From contig CANLRB010000008.1 in NCBI GenBank assembly GCA_947493455.1, forward strand, positions 23,173-87,172: DNA of 64,000 nt, in the 5' to 3' direction. Shown here one piece after another: positions 60,049-64,000 of the stretch (the first letter of the stretch is position 1; each line of letters opens with the position of its first letter). Made by a program: the position numbers and the translations under genes. Source of the stretch: an uncultured Pseudoalteromonas sp. GTDB lineage: Bacteria > Pseudomonadota > Gammaproteobacteria > Enterobacterales > Alteromonadaceae. A model generated the notes under the pieces. The model saw nothing but the letters and a program-made list of their open reading frames with translations, was not told where the DNA came from and did not search any database.

Positions 60049-61287
60049 ATGCAAGTTTCAAACTTACGCCAACAATTTCCAGCCTTAATGCAATCGGTAG
60101 ACGGGCATGCGCCAATCTTCCTTGATGGTCCGGGGGGATCGCAAGTTCCACAAGCTGTACTTGATGCGATGGCAGCCTATTTGGGTTTGTATAATTCAAA
60201 CTTAGGCGGTGCGTTTTTTTCTAGTGATAAAACCGTTGAACTGGTTGCTAATGCGCGTCAAGCTGCGGCTGATTTAGTTAACAGTGAAAATGCTGAACAA
60301 ATTGTATTTGGTCCGAATATGACCAGTTTAACGTTTTCGTTTAGCCGTGCTTTAAGTCGTGACTGGCGCCCTGGTGATGAAGTCATCGTGACTAATGCTG
60401 ATCACTATTCAAATGTGTCGAGCTGGCAGCAAGCTGCTGAAGACAAAGGTGCTAAAGTGAATCACGTACGCATCAATGAGCGTGATTGTACACTCGATTA
60501 CGAACATTTTGATTCATTGTTAAATCGCAATACAAAACTTGTTGCTGTCACGTATGCATCAAATACCACTGGTTCAATCAACAATATAAAATACATTGTT
60601 GAACAAGCTCATAAAGTGGGTGCACTGGTTTATGTTGATGCGGTGCATTTTGCACCCCATGAATTGATTGATGTGCAAGCGCTAAACTGTGACTTTTTAG
60701 CTTGTTCAGCCTATAAATTTTTTGGCCCACATTTGGGTTTGGTTTATGGTAAAAAGCAGCACCTTGAAAACTTTACCCCATACAAAGTAGAGCCAGCAAA
60801 AAATGTGATCCCGGGTCGTTGGGAAACGGGTACATTGAGCTTTGAGGCACTTGCTGGATTTATTGCGGCTGTAGAATACATTGCAAATTTGAGTGGTCTT
60901 GATAAAGCGCAGTCGCGTCGACAGCGTTTGACTATGGCGTTTCAAAATTCAAAAGAGCATGAAATGGCGTTATCGCGTTATTTCCTGACGCGCCTTAACG
61001 AGTTTCCGCAAATTACCTTATTTGGTATTGATGACAGTGCTCGTGTTGAACAACGCACACCGACTTTTGCATTACGTTTTGACGGTATTGAACCGCGCAC
61101 TGTTTCTGAATTTTTAGGTAAACAGCATATATGTGTTTGGGATGGTAACTTTTACGCACAGGGTTTGTGTGAGCAGTTAGGCGTACTCGATAACGGTGGC
61201 GTTGTCCGTATCGGTTGTATGCACTACAACACAGTTGAAGAGCTTGATACTTTGTTTGATTTATTTGATAAATTGTTAAATAACTAA
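60049..61287 (+). CDS. Class-V aminotransferase / cysteine-desulfurase-like PLP enzyme (VC1184-type subfamily)
   Basis: 412 aa. PLP-Lys context ACSAYKFFGPH, HYSNV and YASNTTG motifs. 12 nt downstream of the dioxygenase gene. Confidence 0.8.
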   Translation: MQVSNLRQQFPALMQSVDGHAPIFLDGPGGSQVPQAVLDAMAAYLGLYNSNLGGAFFSSDKTVELVANARQAAADLVNSENAEQIVFGPNMTSLTFSFSRALSRDWRPGDEVIVTNADHYSNVSSWQQAAEDKGAKVNHVRINERDCTLDYEHFDSLLNRNTKLVAVTYASNTTGSINNIKYIVEQAHKVGALVYVDAVHFAPHELIDVQALNCDFLACSAYKFFGPHLGLVYGKKQHLENFTPYKVEPAKNVIPGRWETGTLSFEALAGFIAAVEYIANLSGLDKAQSRRQRLTMAFQNSKEHEMALSRYFLTRLNEFPQITLFGIDDSARVEQRTPTFALRFDGIEPRTVSEFLGKQHICVWDGNFYAQGLCEQLGVLDNGGVVRIGCMHYNTVEELDTLFDLFDKLLNN

Positions 61288-61297
61288 TAAAAAATAG

Positions 61298-61324
61298 GAT
61301 GCCAAGAGGTTGAATCTTGGCATC
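61298..61324 (+). terminator. Terminator hairpin after the PLP-enzyme gene
   Basis: GATGCCAAGA-N7-TCTTGGCATC. Confidence 0.6.
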
Positions 61325-61481
61325 TGAATCTTATTTAATCTTATATGACACTTTTATTACGGTGTTGGTCCTTTTGTCGTATACCCTCCATGTTTTAAAT
61401 AATTTAGCATTACTCGTTGCGTCAAACTCATATCGAATATATTGATATTGAGGTGTTTAATAATGGATAGGTGGGCACTTA

Positions 61482-63020
61482 ATGCAGCGACACACTAACG
61501 GAAGTGAAGTCACTTTTTCAGCTTCTCAACAACTTGTTTCAACAACCGATTGTCAAGGAAATATAACTTACGCGAATAGCGCATTTTGCGACGTTGCGGG
61601 ATTTACCCTCGAAGAGCTAATCGGACAACCACATAATATCGTACGCCATCCAGATATGCCAAAAGCAGCATTTAAAGATATGTGGCAGCACTTAAAAAAT
61701 GGTCACAGCTGGCGAGGCATGGTTAAAAATCGCTGTAAAAATGGCGATTACTACTGGGTTGATGCATTCGTCACGCCATTGTATGAAAACAGCGAAATTG
61801 TCGGTTATCAATCAGTGCGTAGTTTACCTAGCCGTGAGCATGTGAATAAAGCAAAGCAACTTTATGATCAAATTTATTCAGGCGCTAAGCTGTTTGCATT
61901 AAGTGAGAGCACTATGCTGAAACGTGCTTTTGCGGCTGGTGCGCTTATTTTGACTGCAATTCCATTTGTGCTGGCTGAACAGTTTGCCTTGTTATTGTGG
62001 CTCGGGATATTTGCAACGCTAATGGTTGCGGTGTTTTATCAAGAGCTAATAGCGTTGCCGCGCGCGTTGAAGGCGCAAAGCGAGCGACTAAATAGCCCAT
62101 CTCGCTATATTTTTTCGGGTAAAGGCGTGATGGCACAGCTTGATTATTTAACACAACTCCATCAAGCGAAGATGACAACGGTATTAGGTCGCGGCCGCGA
62201 TTCAGGAAAGAATCTCGCTGCTATATCGACGAATTTACAGCAGCTCGCCAGTGAGTCATTGTCAGGTCTTGAAAGTGAAGGCGATCACCTTTCTCAGCTT
62301 GCTACGGCAATCACACAAATGAGCTCGACCATCGATGAAGTGAGCTTTGCAGCGCAAAACTCCCATGACAAGGTGGTGTCGGTTAAACAAGAATGTAATG
62401 TGGCAATTAGTACTGTGTCGACTGGCAGTGTTGAAATGAATCAATTAGCTATCAATATTGGTGATGCGGCAGGATCTGTGGTTGAATTAGTAAATGAAGC
62501 GGAGCGGATCTCACAAATCATGTCTGAAATTCAGGGCATTGCCGATCAAACCAATTTATTGGCATTGAATGCGGCCATTGAAGCGGCACGGGCAGGTGAG
62601 CAAGGGCGTGGATTTGCTGTTGTTGCTGATGAAGTGCGTACGCTTGCAAGTCGCACACAAGTTGCTACACAACAAATTCAAGGCTCGGTTACTGGCCTAC
62701 AAAGTACGCTTTCGAGTTGGCAACAAACTATGTTGGAAAACCAACAAAAAGCACAACAGTGTGATGAACAAGCAGGCGAAACCCAACGTGTGATGGATCA
62801 GGTTGTGATTATGATGGATCAACTTAATGACAATACCGCGCAAATTGCTGCAGCGGTTGAACAGCAATCAGTTGTTGCAACGCAAATATCAGAGTCTGTG
62901 CACCATATCCAAAGTGTATCGAACACCAATATTTCGGTGGCAGAACAAGTCAGTATAAGTGGTGATGAGGTTGCGCAGCAGGTAACTCAAATTGAAAAGC
63001 TAAGTGATACATTTCGCTAA
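61482..63020 (+). CDS. PAS-domain methyl-accepting chemotaxis protein (Aer-like)
   Basis: N-terminal PAS ([17 protein letters not shown]...YWVDAFVTP), a TM hairpin, and the MCP signalling core [33 protein letters not shown]. Confidence 0.92.
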   Translation: MQRHTNGSEVTFSASQQLVSTTDCQGNITYANSAFCDVAGFTLEELIGQPHNIVRHPDMPKAAFKDMWQHLKNGHSWRGMVKNRCKNGDYYWVDAFVTPLYENSEIVGYQSVRSLPSREHVNKAKQLYDQIYSGAKLFALSESTMLKRAFAAGALILTAIPFVLAEQFALLLWLGIFATLMVAVFYQELIALPRALKAQSERLNSPSRYIFSGKGVMAQLDYLTQLHQAKMTTVLGRGRDSGKNLAAISTNLQQLASESLSGLESEGDHLSQLATAITQMSSTIDEVSFAAQNSHDKVVSVKQECNVAISTVSTGSVEMNQLAINIGDAAGSVVELVNEAERISQIMSEIQGIADQTNLLALNAAIEAARAGEQGRGFAVVADEVRTLASRTQVATQQIQGSVTGLQSTLSSWQQTMLENQQKAQQCDEQAGETQRVMDQVVIMMDQLNDNTAQIAAAVEQQSVVATQISESVHHIQSVSNTNISVAEQVSISGDEVAQQVTQIEKLSDTFR

Positions 63021-63034
63021 AAAAATCATCTATA

Positions 63035-63077
63035 TGGCTAAATTTAACCGTATAAAGTTAGTTTAGCCACTTTTTCT
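63035..63077 (+). terminator. Possible terminator after the MCP gene
   Basis: TGGCTAAA-N19-TTTAGCCA followed by CTTTTTCT. The loop is large. Confidence 0.4.
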
Positions 63078-63163
63078 CATGTTGTATGTTGGTCTTTCTG
63101 TCACCTGATTGTTTTTAAACTAAACTTATACTGAGTTTGATTAATTATCTATGAGGGGAGCCT

Positions 63164-63451
63164 ATGCGTATTTTACGACTCGGTGTGGTGAGCTTTGGCA
63201 AACTTATCGGGCACATTATGGCCTGTATTGGCTTCTTTTTTGGTGTGCTCTATTCGTTTGGCGGTCTAATCGTTGATGCATTTGTAAACCAACAACTTAA
63301 CTTAGGTACATTGATAGCGATGATGGCATTAATAGGTATGCCATTCATTTTTGCGCTATTTGGTTTTGTCTGCGGAGTGCTCGGGGCGCTGATATATAAT
63401 CATTTAGGTAATAAAGTGAGTTTAGTTGAGCTCAATGTTGAGTGCTTATAA
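63164..63451 (+). CDS. Small hypothetical membrane protein
   Basis: Strong RBS GAGGGGAG. 95 aa with two or three TM helices. Confidence 0.55.
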   Translation: MRILRLGVVSFGKLIGHIMACIGFFFGVLYSFGGLIVDAFVNQQLNLGTLIAMMALIGMPFIFALFGFVCGVLGALIYNHLGNKVSLVELNVECL

Positions 63452-63457
63452 AGTTGA

Positions 63458-64000
63458 TTAGTGTTCTTCAGAAACATTTTTATAAATCTTTGCTAAACGG
63501 CTGTGCATCAGCTCGGCAAAGTTCCAATTGTATCCTGAAAAATTGGTGGTATTGGTGAACAGTACAATCACGGTATCTGTGTCTTTAAAATAATGGGCAA
63601 TACTTTGGTAACCGGGCAGTAAGCCTGTGTGGTTATAGACATAAAGTGATGAATAAATCGCTTGTTCATCACTTTGAAATAAATCGCCACTGTTGAGTAA
63701 CCGCATAAATTGGCCGACATCGCGAATGCTTGCGATCATAGAACCATAGTTGGCTGTTTTTATATCTTCATTTATACCAACATAGTAGCCACTCATTAAG
63801 CGGTTTATATCGATTTGCTCAATTGAATCGTAGGTGTCTTCGAGGGCAAAGGGAATTAATAGGCGTTGGCCAATCACTTCGAATTTACTTATGCCCGTTA
63901 CTTTTTCAATCAGATGTGAAATTAACCAATAATTGGTATTGGAATATTCGTAACCTTCATCGGGAGCAAAGCTAGGTGGTATGTTTTGAATGAGCGCGAG
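63458..64000 (-). CDS. Beta-lactamase-family serine hydrolase, 5' end outside the window
   Basis: The frame stays open from 63877 to the window edge: ...YEYSNTNYWLISHLIEKVTGISKFEVIGQRLLIPFALEDT. This is the typical PF00144 YxN/SNTNY region. The ORF-track M at 63877 is an internal GTG. Confidence 0.8.
   Translation of the reverse strand, partial: LALIQNIPPSFAPDEGYEYSNTNYWLISHLIEKVTGISKFEVIGQRLLIPFALEDTYDSIEQIDINRLMSGYYVGINEDIKTANYGSMIASIRDVGQFMRLLNSGDLFQSDEQAIYSSLYVYNHTGLLPGYQSIAHYFKDTDTVIVLFTNTTNFSGYNWNFAELMHSRLAKIYKNVSEEH

Overview
The window looks like a chromosomal segment of a marine gammaproteobacterium. Gene content and synteny resemble Alteromonadales or Vibrionales, and GC is about 40% by eye. 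The taxon cannot be fixed without a database search.

Most of the window is conserved core genome with tight, often overlapping gene junctions:
- mreBCD-maf-rng-yhdP, a C-N hydrolase and tldD
- a large Ig-like-repeat lipoprotein
- yjgA/pmbA, pckA and hslO-hslR
- a complete 12-gene type II secretion operon (gspC to gspN) with a translationally coupled UPF0149 gene
- ccoG-like, srkA and two dsbA paralogs
- a divergent pair of a pseudo-receiver wHTH regulator and a degenerate EAL protein
- the leu leader/attenuator plus leuABCD
- a TRIC-like channel, a Sel1/TonB_C protein, an OmpR-type regulator, an S9 peptidase and a CNNM/CBS protein
- a 2OG-Fe dioxygenase paired with a class-V PLP enzyme
- a PAS-MCP, and a truncated beta-lactamase-family hydrolase at the right edge

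The one clearly accessory segment is a ~6.9 kb AT-richer island at 44030..50989. It splits the competence helicase gene comM (yifB) exactly in frame. It is bounded by a 13-bp direct repeat, TTTCAATTGTGGG.

The island carries a large serine recombinase at one end. It also carries a second small serine recombinase (resolvase/invertase type), a YagK/YfjJ (Inovirus Gp2-like, HUH-motif) Rep-like gene, an HTH protein and several orphan genes. There are no capsid, conjugation or mobilisation genes. This compact integrative, plasmid-like or satellite-like element and its possible switch-like control of comM is the best candidate for something undescribed.

No rRNA, tRNA or CRISPR arrays were seen. All calls rest on motif recognition and reading of the sequence; nothing was searched or computed beyond manual counting.
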